Source of the DNA: Octopus bimaculoides
Lineage: Eukaryota
Reading direction: 5' to 3'
NCBI RefSeq assembly: GCF_001194135.2
Contig: NC_068988.1
Location: forward strand, 89,491,744 to 89,555,743
Length of the DNA stretch: 64,000 nucleotides
In this document: positions 51,023 through 64,000 of the stretch, in pieces
Layout of the letters: each line of letters opens with the position of its first letter
How positions within the stretch are numbered: position 1 is the stretch's first letter
Program-made: the position numbers and the translations under genes
Notes under the pieces: generated by a model
Seen by the model: the letters and a program-made list of their open reading frames with translations, nothing else
What the model was told of the DNA's origin: nothing
Database searches by the model: none

Positions 51023-52914
51023 CAGATGTGTTTATGTATGTATGAATATATATTCCTACATATATATGGATCATTGTATATCTTATAATATGTATTTTAA
51101 TTAGGCCCAATCAGCGGTTATTGTAAAATGCATCTATACAATAACCATTCAAATTTCATACGAATTCTCTTTTCTATATCATGAAGCTGAAGGCGGCGTA
51201 AACGTATCCCTCTGGATATTTAGCTAGCGTGTTCTCGATAACTTTCCCCAAACAACCCAACTAATTTCTAGTAATTGAAATAAGGGAACGGAGAATAAAA
51301 CATCATGACCGAGATATGAACTACATGCTTCCAATACAGGAGCTTCAACGTAGCAGATCTATCGATTTTCTATTCATAACAGCAAAATTTCATTGAAAAC
51401 ACACATTGGAACTTAAAAATCAGCAAAAAAAGGACACATAGTATAAATTATATTGTAATAACTGTGACAGCATGCTTTAAAAGCAAAGGAAAAAAATAAG
51501 TACGTTGATCGAATCGTAAAGAATTTATGAAAGGATATGGTAGACAGATGTTGTCAGGATTTACGTAGCAACCACAAATATACAGTAGCCTAAAAGACAA
51601 TGCGGTTCACATGTATATAAAATGCTACAACGAAAGATGGTATATTATTACGTTAATGGAACTATAGCATGTTTCGGTTTTAAATATAATATCGAATATC
51701 AACAGAGCTAGATGCAAAGTATACTTGAGCATATACCTGTGTGGGGATATATATATATATATATATATATANNNNNNNNNNNNNNNNNNNNNNNNNNNNN
51801 NNNNNNNNNNNNNNNNNNNNNNNNNNNNNNNNNNNNNNNNNNNNNNNNNNNNNNNNNNNNNNNNNNNNNNNNNNNNNNNNNNNNNNNNNNNNNNNNNNNN
51901 NNNNNNNNNNNNNNNNNNNNNNNNNNNNNNNNNNNNNNNNNNNNNNNNNNNNNNNNNNNNNNNNNNNNNNNNNNNNNNNNNNNNNNNNNNNNNNNNNNNN
52001 NNNNNNNNNNNNNNNNNNNNNNNNNNNNNNNNNNNNNNNNNNNNNNNNNNNNNNNNNNNNNNNNNNNNNNNNNNNNNNNNNNNNNNNNNNNNNNNNNNNN
52101 NNNNNNNNNNNNNNNNNTATATATATATATATATATATATATGCATACATGCACACATATGGCATTATTTTACTCATATGATTCCATTACCATTTTCATA
52201 GTTACGTAAATTGAAAACGTTGCCGTTGGCAGTGGAGGACGAACGGACATTCTGAAAACGGAGTAGTATATTCTCAGAAAAAAACTAGAGATATCATAAT
52301 GTTTGCGATTACATGAATGCGCGTGTATATATATATATGTGTGTGTTTCCGTGTGTGTTATGTGACGCATTAGCAAAGTTTGCTTCTAATGTTTAATGTA
52401 ATACAAAATAAACTTATAGATCTTTGCAAATACTACTAGTGTTTGACTAAATACTTTCGGTAATCGTAAAAACGACTAACTAAACGTCTTAATGGCATCA
52501 ACGTATCTATTTATTCTAAATACGCTCTGGCAGTTTCAAATGTATCTATTTACGCCTGTTTTTCTCCCCCCCCCCTTCTTTTTTTTTCTCAAGNNNNNNN
52601 NNNCCCCCCCCCCCTTCTTCTTTTTTTTCTCAAGAGAGCATACCCACTCATCTTGGACAACGCATGTTCATAATACAAGTGTTTCATCGGTGTGAGAGGA
52701 CTTTGCGATACAGCAGCATTCTGATCTCATTGTGTTCCTCCTTAGGCATAGCTACCCACCCAGAAACGAAGAAAGTTGAGAAGAGTTACAACCCCCTGTT
52801 TAAACAGATGATAATTCATATTGAATCGTGACGTATCTATTCATTCTTAATAATCTTAACACGCTCATGCTAAATACTTGCGTCGTAAGTTTGTATATAT
52901 GTGTGTGGGGGAGG

Positions 52915-53042
52915 GCTCGGAAGGCAAGGAGGTAGCACTTCTCTTGGTGCAGCTCTGCCAGGCAGGTCACCTTTGCGCTTGTAATTCCCTCCTGTCCGGG
53001 TTCAGCCTAACGTTCTTCATTGAGGCTTTGAATGTGTCCTCA
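52915..53042 (-). mobile_element. RTE-clade LINE ORF C-terminal segment, inverted relative to the adjacent RT part
   Basis: Minus strand EDTFKASMKNVRLNPDRRELQAQR*PAWQSCTKRSA resembles the RTE C-terminal pattern DTLKASLK...WE.LA.DR..WR. Confidence 0.7.
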
Positions 53043-54014
53043 CTCATTACATGGAAGACGGGCATCTCCAAGAGCGTCAGTGTGGTATTAGGGAGGGCAG
53101 TATGACAGCTGGGATGTTCCTTGTGGCACGTCATCTTCTGGAGAAGTGCCAGGAACAGAACAGGGACCTATAAATGACGTTTGTGCACCTAATCCAGGTC
53201 TTTAACACTTTCGAAATCTATGGAAAATTTCGGCTTCCGCGACAAATTCATTAACATGGTACTACAGTTTCACTCGCTCGGGTACTGGACAACAGAGATT
53301 CTTGCAGTTCATTTCCAGTCACTAACGGAGACGAGGAGAGCTGTGGACTCGCAGCTGCATTGTCAACCATGATGTCTTCACCCACACAGTTGGATGTCTT
53401 GAGCAACGACGAGGAAACCAGCATCAAAATAAGGTTCAAGGTTGATGGCAGACTGCGGAGGATACAGGCCAAGACCAAGGTGGAAGAAGATTCAGTAACC
53501 GATTCCTCTTCGTAGACGACTGTGCACTCAACATAACAATTTATTTCTCCACTGCCTGAGACAACTTTGGTCTCAGAGTCAGTACTAAGAAGACAGAGGT
53601 AATACGCCAATCTCCTCACCCCAACACCAAAACCCGTATGTGTAATTAACTATCACTGTCGATAGGGAAACAATGAAGGTTACTGATAAGTTCACGTAAC
53701 TAAGCATCATACACTCCAGACGTGTAACTATCAACGACAATGTCAACACACTTGTCACTAAGGAAAGCTGAGAATCCGAGCGTGTGAGAATCTGTGTGGG
53801 AGAGCAGGGGCAAAAGGTGGGTCATCAAGTTAGGCAGTTCTATTGCTAACGCTACTGTACGCCCAGGAGATTTGGACAGTTTAAGAACGCAACGCCAAAA
53901 TGCAAAAACCACTTTCGCACGAACTACTTGAAATGGCTGTTGAAAATAACGTGGTAAGACACGGTCCAAAGCTCGGAGTTCCTCTCTCGTGCAGATTTGC
54001 CAAGTATTTGCACC
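53043..54014 (+). mobile_element. RTE-clade (BovB/RTE-1-like) LINE RT region, decayed
   Basis: LQERQCGIREG, LLEKCQEQNRDL, SFPVTNG, RRIQAKTKV..FLFVDDCALN, FGLRVSTKKTEV, TLLYAQEIWTV, EFLSRADLPSI. Confidence 0.92.
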
Positions 54015-54044
54015 AAAACGAAGATGCGCGTCTGTGTGTGTAAC

Positions 54045-56037
54045 TATATCCGTCTGTAATATGTGGGTGTGTGGATGATGGAGTGGGTCTGGGAAGTGGT
54101 CAGTGCTAGTGTATGGCGAGTGTAAGGTGGTGTGGTGATGTGTGGCGTTGAGGCGTTGGGAAGTAAGGGTTGTGTGTGCGTTTGGGGTGAGGGTGTTGGG
54201 TATGTGGGAGTGGGACGTCTAGGATTGGGTGTAGATGGAGGGGTTATCAATGAAGGGAGATGTGGCTTGGAGTGAAGAGAAGTATGTATCAGTGTAAGAG
54301 AAGAGAGGAGGGGTGTGTAAGATTGAAGAGAGGAAGTAGGTATCAGATGAAGAGAGAAGAGGAGGTAATCAGATGAAGAGAGGAGGGGAGTTGAGTCCAT
54401 TTGGTGCAAAGGCGCGAGGAAAGAAGATTAATTCCTGTTCACGGCGAAGGCGGGAGTCCGTGTGGCCCCTGTGCAAAGGCATTCCGAACGACCGGTAGAA
54501 AAGAAATGGTGCGAGACCGGGTTGCCATTGCCGAGTTTAATGTCTCAGAGGAGCTTCACGACCCCGGTCAGCCAAGTGGCGTCCTGTTTGCCCGATATAC
54601 ACAGAAGGACAGAAAGAGCAGGAGATGCAGTAGATGACGTTCCCAGAAGTGTAAATAAATGAGTTGGTGATATGATAGGGACGATGATTAGTGCCTCTGA
54701 GAATGGTGGTGTTGTCCAGACAGGTGCAAGTGCGGTAATGTGGGTGGGACCAGGGTAGCAAGACACATTGGGAGGTGGAATTAGAGAAGAAGCTCTGGAT
54801 CGGGAGGTAACGTACGCTGTGGGCTCGTTCGAAGGAGGGAAGGGATAGGTTGGGGAAGATATGCGGGGTCAAGGTGTCGGACTGGTGTCGCCGGAAGGAT
54901 TGGAGAATGGTGCGTTAGAGGGATAGGTTGGAAAGGTGTCAGGTGAGGGGAAACGGGAGACGGGCAAAAGCAGGGCGGTTGCGGGAAGAGAGAGCAGAGG
55001 AACGATCTACAGAACGTGCTCTAGCAAGGATGGTGTGGATAGTAGTGAGGGTTATCCACGAAGGATGTTGTGTCAAGCCATGAATTAAAATTGAGTCTCA
55101 AAGTCACGGTTGTCACTGCAGAGCCTGCGCAGACGGAGGAATTGGGAGTAAGGGATGGAGAACTTGGTGTGGAAAGGGTGGTAGGAGGAGAATATGAGTT
55201 ATGCGTGAGAGTCGGTGTGTTTGTAGTGTATGGAGGTAATGAGAGCGGAGTGGTGTATGTTGACTGAAATGTTGGGAAAGGCTACGGAAGTGTTGGAAAT
55301 GGTGCAGGAGAATTCGAGGGCAGGGTAGAAAGATTGAACGGGAGAGCGAAATCTCACTGATACAGTAATCAATATAACGACCGTATATTTCGGGAGTGGG
55401 ACTAGCGAATCTTGTAAACATTTGGGGCTCAACGTAACCAACGAACAGGTTCGGTAAGTTGGGGCCTATTCTCGTTCCCATGACCACTCCCGAGAAATGT
55501 TGGTAAAAACGCCCCTGCGAACGAGCAGCAGTTGAGGGAGAGAACAAGTTCGGCCAAACGAAGAAGTGTGGACGTGTCAGGTTGGGGTCGAAAGTCTAAG
55601 AAATGTTTGAGGGCAAGAAGTCCTTCGTGGTGTGGGATCACCGTATATAGACTCTTGATATCAAGAGTGGAGAGAAGTTTAGAGGGACCAGGAGAGAAGG
55701 TGAAAGAGCTCAAGAGACGAAGAGCATGTTTAGTGTCGTGGATGTGTGAGGGGAGGGAAGCCACCAGAGGGGCAAGTACATCATCGAGGTATTTAGAGCT
55801 GTTCCGCGAGGCAGGTACAGGAGGAGACGATGTAGCGTCCAGGGTTGTTGGGTTTGTGGATTTGGGGGTAGGAAGTAAATGGCGAGGGTGCGAGTAGTGT
55901 GGACATTGTGGTTGGAGGCAGTGGTGTGAGACGGGAGACAGAGATGAAGTCATGGATCTTGAGGGACACAGTCTGTTGGTAGCTAGATGTGGGGTCGGAG
56001 GGCAAAGGGCAATAGAATGAGGTGTCTTGAAATTTGC
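54045..56037 (-). mobile_element. Penelope-like element (RT + C-terminal GIY-YIG endonuclease), 5'-truncated and frameshifted
   Basis: PQIHKPNNPGRYIVSSC; TLDIKSLYTVIPHHEGL; GVVMGTRIGPNLPNLFVGYVE; YGRYIDYC; NVIYCISCSFCPSVYIGQTGRHLADR; APNGLN at ~54380; low-complexity 3' region 54045-54375. Confidence 0.93.
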
Positions 56038-56278
56038 GGAGAGGCACATGGCCTAGTGATTAGAGCAGTGGACGTGTGTTCAGGGGAGCCTGGGCTCGAG
56101 TCAGACCGTACGATATGTGTGTTTATGAGCGAAACATCTAAGCTTCACACGACTCCGGCACAAGATAATGGCAAAGATCAGCTGACTCTTTCGCCACAAC
56201 TTTCTCTCACTCTAGTAGGTCACCTGCGACGGACCGGTGTCCCGTGCAGGTGGGGAAGGAATACACAACAACAACATG
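56038..56278 (+). mobile_element. Chimeric tRNA-SINE (family-E head/body + tail shared with the 11531 SINE)
   Basis: TGGCCTAGTGATTAG A-box; GTGTTTATGAGCGAAACATCTAAGCT...CCACAACTTTCTCTCACTCT (family E); then CCTGCGACGGACCGGTGTCCCGTGCAGGTGGG and (CAA)3. Confidence 0.75.
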
Positions 56279-58034
56279 TGTAACATTGATAAAAATTAAT
56301 AACTTTAATCCTATAACAAAATGATTTCCAACTTAATCACAAGGCCCGCAATTTTAAGAGAAAGAGATTCGTCGACAACATTAGCACAAGTAGTTAATTT
56401 TAACGCGCCTAACACCCGGAGGAATAAAAGGTCAATTTAATGCTGGCAGGATTTGAAGTAAACCCCTGTACGAGATATCAGAAAGCATTTTGCCCGACAG
56501 TGTAATGAATGTGATATTTCAACACCTTCTGTAACCTTAACTTCAGGAAATACAATAGCTATCCAGCCGGGAATTTTGCAATCCAGCCATGTTCCAAGAA
56601 TATTTCATTTATGACAACTAGCGTATTCCAAATTAATTATCCCCATATTAGAATTATATATAAAATTTCACCAGGGAGAATTAAGTAAGTGTAATCAATT
56701 ACTGATAAAATACCAATAAATATTCGCACTAGTTAAGCAGATACCTCATTCTCTGTCCATGTTGGCAGTATACAGAAAGACATCAATTTACAATAGATCA
56801 AATTTCGGTTGATATTAAATATTATGCGTGTATAGTTATTTCAATCGGTTACTTACACGCTAAAACAATTTCAATTTATGTGAAACACTAGAACTTGTAA
56901 GACACCTACTCTCTAAATAAACATAACATCAATCTTACGTAAATGCATGGTCTGATGTCAACCAAGTTCTCGGGAGAATTAATTTTTCCGACCGATATCA
57001 AAGCATTTGAAGGGATAGGAAGTTGCAAGCAATAGAATTGGTAACGTAAGCAATTGTATTATAGTCATACATGTGACTGCTTCTTATATATTGAGAGAAT
57101 TATGCCATAACGTTCTATACTTCCTAGTTTTGCATCGGTGTTATAGTTTTGTTGGTGATGCGTTTTATCTTATGCTATACTGTTCCGTGAAAGAGTTGTG
57201 TTATAAAGATCAACATTGCTAAAATCAGTTTCATCGCAGGTAATATCAAATAAATCAAGACTAATAAATTTGATTACATTATTTAAAATGGAAGAGAGTT
57301 ATTGAGAAATTTTCCCCAAGCACTAAGGGTTTTTGTTGATTTTGTCGTTAGGGTGACATTGTCAAGAACCAGGATTTAAATTTTATATTTAAAAGAAAGA
57401 ATTAGGGATTATGGATTTCAGGTACAAGTTTATTAATTATTTTATGGGAGGAATTCACAATCCGTCTGTTTCATTTTTATTTTGTCACCTAATAATAAAT
57501 GGCTGTCATCAAGATACAGAGGACCGTATAACAAATTGAACCGTATGTGCAACATGTGTAGTATGTTAGAGAATATAAAACCCTATCTCTTAACTGTGTA
57601 ACGAGCTTACATAGCGATATCAAAGGTAAGACAGCCGTCTTCCTTAACCTGCGAATCACTGACAAATGACACTATCATTTTTCCACTGTACGTAGTTTTC
57701 TTTCATTTCAGATTCACTAATAGGGTAGGCTTTTGGCTTGCTGTCAACATTTAATGGTGCTTGAATAAGATTTGGTTGTTGAAGTGAAATAATGTACAGT
57801 TCTGAAATTCTTGAATATCTATTGGTGTTCATGATTTATGTTATTGCACAATTTATTAACAGTTGATCCATTTAAACATATGGAATATATGGATAAATGA
57901 TACACGCACACACACATGTGAGGGTGTATGTGTGTGGGGAAGAGTGTGAATAATGTATGGTTACATTACTTGTCTATGCATGGTAAAACTCAAAAGCTTA
58001 ATGTAGCTATGTTGCGCTATAATTGTACATTATG

Positions 58035-58215
58035 AAGGCAGGAATCTCGCTGAAGCGCTTGCACGCCGGACAAAAGTTTACCGGCATTTCGTCCATCTTT
58101 ACATTCTGACTTCAAATTCCATCAAGTTCGACATCATCTTTTGTACTCGTGGGGTTGATGAAATATGTACCAGTTGAGCAAAGAAGTCGATGCCATCGAC
58201 TATCTCCTACCAAAT
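58035..58215 (+). mobile_element. Degenerate family-A SINE
   Basis: GGCATTTCGTCCATCTTTACATTCTGACTTCAAATTCC...GGGGTTGATGAAATATGTACCAGTTGAG. Confidence 0.7.
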
Positions 58216-58439
58216 GTTTCAGTCCTTTTCTCTATGGAAGATACGATTTTGATTCTATCTTACATTATGGTTAACATTCTCCTCAATTTTGCGGGGATTA
58301 TAAAAATATATGACTCCGTATTTAAGATCATATACTCTTGTTCAATAGCTGTTTCTCTTTTTATTTTATCTATCTATATATATATTTTTCAACTCTGGAT
58401 AAAAGGAAACCAAGATATTATAGATCACAATCTAGATAC

Positions 58440-59200
58440 ATGTTAGACTAAACCAATACTATAAAATAAATGTACAATTGTATCACCTGCGTAGAGATAT
58501 TTTCTATCACAAAACAGACTTTCATAAGTATTTTCTTTGTCGCTGATTCTTGGAAGTTTTCGTATCTCTGCGGCAGTTTCCTGCACAACTATATAACTAA
58601 CTTTTCTCTTCTGTCCATAACAAATATATCAAGCCTGCTATGTTTTTTTATTCAGCGGAAGATTTACTAGAATGTACAAATATTCTCTGTGTGTTTTCTG
58701 TATTAGAAATATTTTATATACTTCTCCAAGTGCAGTCTTCGTTAGAAGTGATATTGTGTATTGTTTTATCAACAGCATCATCTAACATTTGAGTAGGAAA
58801 AACTCAATGACATTTGTAATTATTTTAAAGAAATTTTCTGATCTTCTATGTCAGATGCATAACAATGAGACGTTAGCACTAACCATACATGACTAGTCTA
58901 ATATCAGTTAATATGCGTTTCTTCTGCGGGTATCGGTAGTGTTTATTAGCGTTACTATTTCTTTAGAATCTTCCAGCATATCGTAGTAATATTTTGCAGC
59001 TTTTAATAACAATTGAACAGATGTACTCCATAGCCCAGTCAATTATTCGAAATATTTGTTCTGCAAATTCATCGTGTAATATTGTCTTCTTGTAAGACGA
59101 GAGCTCCGACTGACCTATGATTAGAGAATGATATATTATCATTTAGCCATGTAATATTTCTTCACCACATATTTGCATGACATATTCAGCTAAATCATAG
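58440..59200 (-). mobile_element. Very old RLE-type (R4/Dong/NeSL-like) LINE C-terminal remnant
   Basis: Minus-strand fragments in the expected order: ITWLNDNI, LVLQEDNI, HCYASDIEDQ, LDDAVDKTIHN, RLDIFVMDRREK, KENTYESL; multiple frameshifts. Confidence 0.4.
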
Positions 59201-59844
59201 GTAATGGTACCACACAGTGTATGAAACAGAAAATATAGAGAAGCTACTAATATCTTTAATATATGGTATTTTGCCAGCAGTAACGTACGTAAAATTGTCC
59301 AGGAAGCAAGCAAAAGAGAACAGTAACCGTTTATATTATAAATCTATATTCACAAGAGTTTTCTGTGGAATCCTCTTTCTTCAGACAGTTTAGCTTTAGA
59401 TGGAAAACGTTGTGTGGCATATCGTTTCACTTCCTCATTTCTACCTGGATTCTCGTTTGTCATCAAGATCTTGGATCACAAGTGTCATGCAGAAATTCAT
59501 TTTTATATACTTTGTAGAATTTATATGTAAAGAAGAAGAAAGAAGACTATAATTTTCTACAATATGAATGTCCACATATTATTTATAGATATTATCTGAA
59601 ATATTGCAGGCCAAAATATCATACATATATATACATCATACATATATATATGATATATATATATATATATANNNNNNNNNNNNNNNNNNNNNNNNNNNNN
59701 NNNNNNNNNNNNNNNNNNNNNNNNNNNNNNNNNNNNNNNNNNNNNNNNNNNNNNNNNNNNNNNNNNNNNNNNNNNNNNNNNNNNNNNNNNNNNNNNNNNN
59801 NNNNNNNNNNNNNNNNNNNNNNNNNNNNNNNNNNNNNNNNNNNN

Positions 59845-59876
<32 letters not shown>

Positions 59877-62800
59877 TATATATATATATATGTGTGTTTG
59901 TACTTATACATATATATATATATATGCATACATATGTATATACTCATACACACATATATGCATACATATGCATGTATGTGTGTGGTTGTGTGTATATGTA
60001 TGTGCTGTTGTGAAATTTCCTTCTTCAAAAGTTTCTTTTCCTTTGCGCCAATTTGTCATAGTCTGTACATCTCCTTTATATTCGACGATACACCGAGGTC
60101 TTCCATTAAAAAATAGATTAGTTCCATTGTGTAAATCAAATTAGGAGTAGATTTAATCAGATCAAGCTTAGACTTCTCTTTCTACTTTCCTTATCAAAAT
60201 TAGACCATTTCTCTATTCCTGTATAGCATGAGAGTTGTGGGTGAAAATATTCATCTTTACAATTGACATTGAGGTCATATCCCTTTAGGGAGGAACACAA
60301 TTCGGTACAGTTTGTATGATTACATATTATAAAAGGTTTGGCAGTAAGTGGATGAAAAATATGATATATGAAGTATAGAGAGATACTGAGATGTCTTGAG
60401 AGTAAATGTGTAGATAGAGATAGCGGTGTATGAATAACAAAACAGACTGACTAATGTCATGATAGAGATGAATATAAATGCACTGAAGACCACGCACAAA
60501 TACACACACACACGCACTCGCACACACATATACACGATATATAATATATATCTATTAGTCTGTCTATCTATATATACGTGTTTATGTGTGTGTGCGTGTG
60601 TGTATGTATGTATATACATGTATGTTAACTTATAGATGAAACAATCAAATCACAGTTCAACTTATTATAATCCAAGTGTAATACAGAAGATGGCCAATCG
60701 AATACCTGTAAACAATTATAAATAATTAGGAGGTGCGATATTAATCTCAGGTAAATAATACGTCTGAAATACAATTTTGACACAACACATTGAAGCAAAA
60801 GCGCAACAAATTTGCAGTTCTTTCCTACACGTAATTTTCGTTTGTGCTACCCCCCCCCACACACACACGCACGCACAGACTTACACACACACACACATAC
60901 ACACACAGAGACTTACACACACATACACACACACACACAACGACACACACACACATATTTATATGTATGGATATATACGACTACACTCGGGACTAAGTGA
61001 TTGAGAGCGAGCTTCTTTTCTTTTTCTTTTTTTTGTAAAGTTTTATGCAAAAACGATTTCGTCCACAAATTAAAGGAATCATCAACATTTTGTAGTAGAG
61101 TACATATATTTGTAATGTGTCATACGTACACTTTGATACGGTCAACAAAAGATTTCCTTTGTACAAGAATGGATTTTTCGTACTGAGAATTGAAGCAGTT
61201 CACAGATAAAAAGCATCTTGGAATTCGGGCGAATGAAATATCAACAAAGAATATACGACTGCTACGTTTTCTATGCCAGTGGCGATGAAAATTCGACAGC
61301 TTCAAAAATATTATTTCCCTTAAGGAATGAGAATATCACAAAATGTAAATGAATCCTGAAAACACAAAGGAAACATTGCAATGAAAATGACTACACATAT
61401 AGCAGGAGATGCAAAAGAACAGCGAAGGAACGAAGTGAGCATGCAAGTAACAGATCAACACAATTGTGCCTTCGCCTGGTGAAGACATTCACCATTGAAA
61501 TACCTAATTTTGCATTCAGTACAAAACACCTTTAGCAGGCTTTCTTTTTAAGAAAACAACCATAGGTTCCTGACAACATTACTGAATAAATGAAGGCCAA
61601 TGTATAGGAAAGCATTGGGATAGATAATTCTTTTTTTTAATAGGCTGAATTCTTCGCCTTGATTTGTACTATATCTTGCTCATAGATGCACTAGTGTGCG
61701 ACAATTCGTTTTAAGTCTTTGTCTGAGAATAACTTTTGTTCTTCTTTCTCCCCTATTTTGAAGGCCTCTGCATAACGTAACATCCCGTGTATCATCTCAT
61801 TTTATATACACTTAAACATAAAAATATACAAGACTGCACCAGAAAGATAATGAAGTCAGACAGCCATTGATGACTTTACACATAGCATGGAAAAAATAAG
61901 AATGTATACAGTTTATGTCCACAACATTACTCATAGCAACAAACGAAGCGATGATTCGAATCACATCGGTACATGCAGATTAAACAATGGGGAAAACACA
62001 AAATAGACAAAAAACAAAATAGGATAATTCCATAACAAAATCAATAAACTCTGATCAATGCCGATCATTCGTTTACTGCGAGTAAGCAAATATGTAAAGG
62101 GTAAAAAAAACGAACTGCAATTGGTCCCTATAATTGCTTTTCACAGAAGCAAACACGAACCTTATCATGATAAATAACTTAATTTACTCTGTAGCAGTTG
62201 CAGTATCGATACAAACCGGATCTTCTCCTAAGAGAAAAGGTTTTGTCTCACCAAAGCCCACCGAAAACACTGGACACAAGATCAACATTATAACTTCAGT
62301 GACACAATGAGATAATACATATGATTACAAGCTGAAACAGTATGGAAGCGGTTTCATGTGAAGGAGAAATAAATATAAAATAAGAAGAAAAAAACTGTGA
62401 ATCAAAAACACTAAATTGTCCTGGAATTTAATACTGGATGAGACCCTTTGAAATACAAGAGCGTAACTTCCAATAGAATCACGTATTTGAAAGCGAGAAC
62501 ATTCTAACGAGTTATAAAAATATTATGAATAATAACAATAGAAATCCTGTGCGAACCGAATATACAGAAGACATTAAATATGCATAATGTGCAGGAAATG
62601 GGAGGGAATACAAAAGCATTACAACGCAAGAAGCATTAACCAAAACAATTAAAAACTGTATTCATAATAATACAAAATAATATATTTTTAAAATAGGCAG
62701 CCTGAATTGATAAATTTCTTAATTTCTCATTTAAACTAATTACCAAGCATACATAAAGGTACACGCTATCTTGGATCCTTCTGAAAAAAGAAACTTCGAC

Positions 62801-63039
62801 TATTTTAGTATTATAAACCATTTACATAACCAAAATTATATATACATTGAAAAAGCGGCACACACACTGCAAAATAATTATCAGAAGCATATACTCTGAT
62901 ATATGTCTCTCTAAAGATACAGGATGATTAAAAACCGTAGGCGAGATATGATACTGGTTTCTAATTTTGTCGCAAGAGCCTGCAGATTTGTGGGAAGCGA
63001 ACAAGTCAATTACATGGACGCTACTGAACAACTAGTACT

Positions 63040-63759
63040 TGTTTTATTGCGCCCAAAACAATGGCACGCAAAGTCGACATCGGTGGAATTTGATCTCAGA
63101 ATGCAGAGAGTTGGAAGAAATGCCTTTAAGCGCTTTGTATGTAAGCCCTCCACCTCAGCTGAGATATCATAATGAAATGCAGGAATACACAGCAACATAT
63201 TCTGAGATGTCTCCCAAGACCTTACTCCCAAAACATCGTCCAAAGTGAACATAAAATGGTAATCCAAGATACTTGAAAAGACAAATAAGGTTATAAATCT
63301 TATCAATAAAGGTAAACCATGTCTGGTCTAAAATATTCATTACTAAACACACAAATATCCTTTTCTACTCTAGGCACAAAACCTGAAATTTTGGGTGAGT
63401 GGGGGCAGTCGATTAGATCGCACCAGTACACAACTGGTACTTAATTTTCCGAACGGATGAAAGGGAAAGTCGCCCCCGGTGGAATTTAAACTATGAACAT
63501 AAACAGACGAAATAGCGCTGCTAAGGTTTCTTATTTCTTTATTGCCTACAAGGGCTAAATATACTGGAGACAAACAAGCACAGACAAAGGCATTAAGTCG
63601 ATTACATTGACCCCAGTGCGTAACTGGTACTTAATTTATTGAAATGATGAAAGGCAAAGTCGACCTCGGCGGAATTTGAACTCAGAACATAACGACAGAC
63701 GAAATACCGCTAAACATTTCGCCCGACGTGCTAACGTTTCTGCTAGCTCGCCGCCTTAC
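63040..63759 (-). mobile_element. Three family-A SINE copies (approx. 63040-63160, 63372-63530, 63565-63759)
   Basis: The last copy is near-perfect: GGCAAAGTCGACCTCGGCGGAATTTGAACTCAGAAC...CGTGCTAACGTTTCTGCTAGCTCGCCGCC. Confidence 0.88.
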
Positions 63760-64000
63760 TAAACACACAAATACCAAACCATGATTTTACATTTGATTTT
63801 TTAATTAAGCCTACTACGTACAATTTACATTCTGCTCACGATACCGCCACTTTAGCAATGCAACTGAAATGAAACATATTTCATAGTCACTTTTTTTATA
63901 CTGCTGCGCAAATTACAAGATCACATCTTTGTTATCTGTGACGACTATGGTACATATATAAAATAAGATATTCCTACATTTCAGCAGATACAGTTACCTA

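Overview
Eukaryotic, AT-rich, repeat-saturated draft-assembly DNA with about 19 N-gaps, most flanked by (TA)n. The SINE families and very high microsatellite density suggest a coleoid cephalopod (Octopus-like); this is an inference, not a database result. No intact host protein-coding gene, rRNA or tRNA gene could be supported, and almost all ORFs in the supplied track are microsatellite, N-gap or decayed-transposon artefacts. The window contains: (i) several modular tRNA-derived SINE families, including stacked and tandemly amplified copies; (ii) decayed non-LTR retrotransposons (CR1/Jockey-group, RTE, R4/Dong-like RLE) and a Penelope-like RT + GIY-YIG element; (iii) a deleted Tc1/mariner (maT-like) element with TIRs and an 8-bp-TSD MITE family. 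Most interesting: a minimal type I hammerhead ribozyme motif at 26228-26272 with two decayed relatives, an RTE insertion with a twin-priming-like inversion (52915-54014), a (TAA)n-associated Dong-like LINE / non-autonomous element nest (47862-49860), and a SINE-derived ~230-bp tandem array (28445-29347). All alignments and folds were done by eye, so boundaries are approximate.
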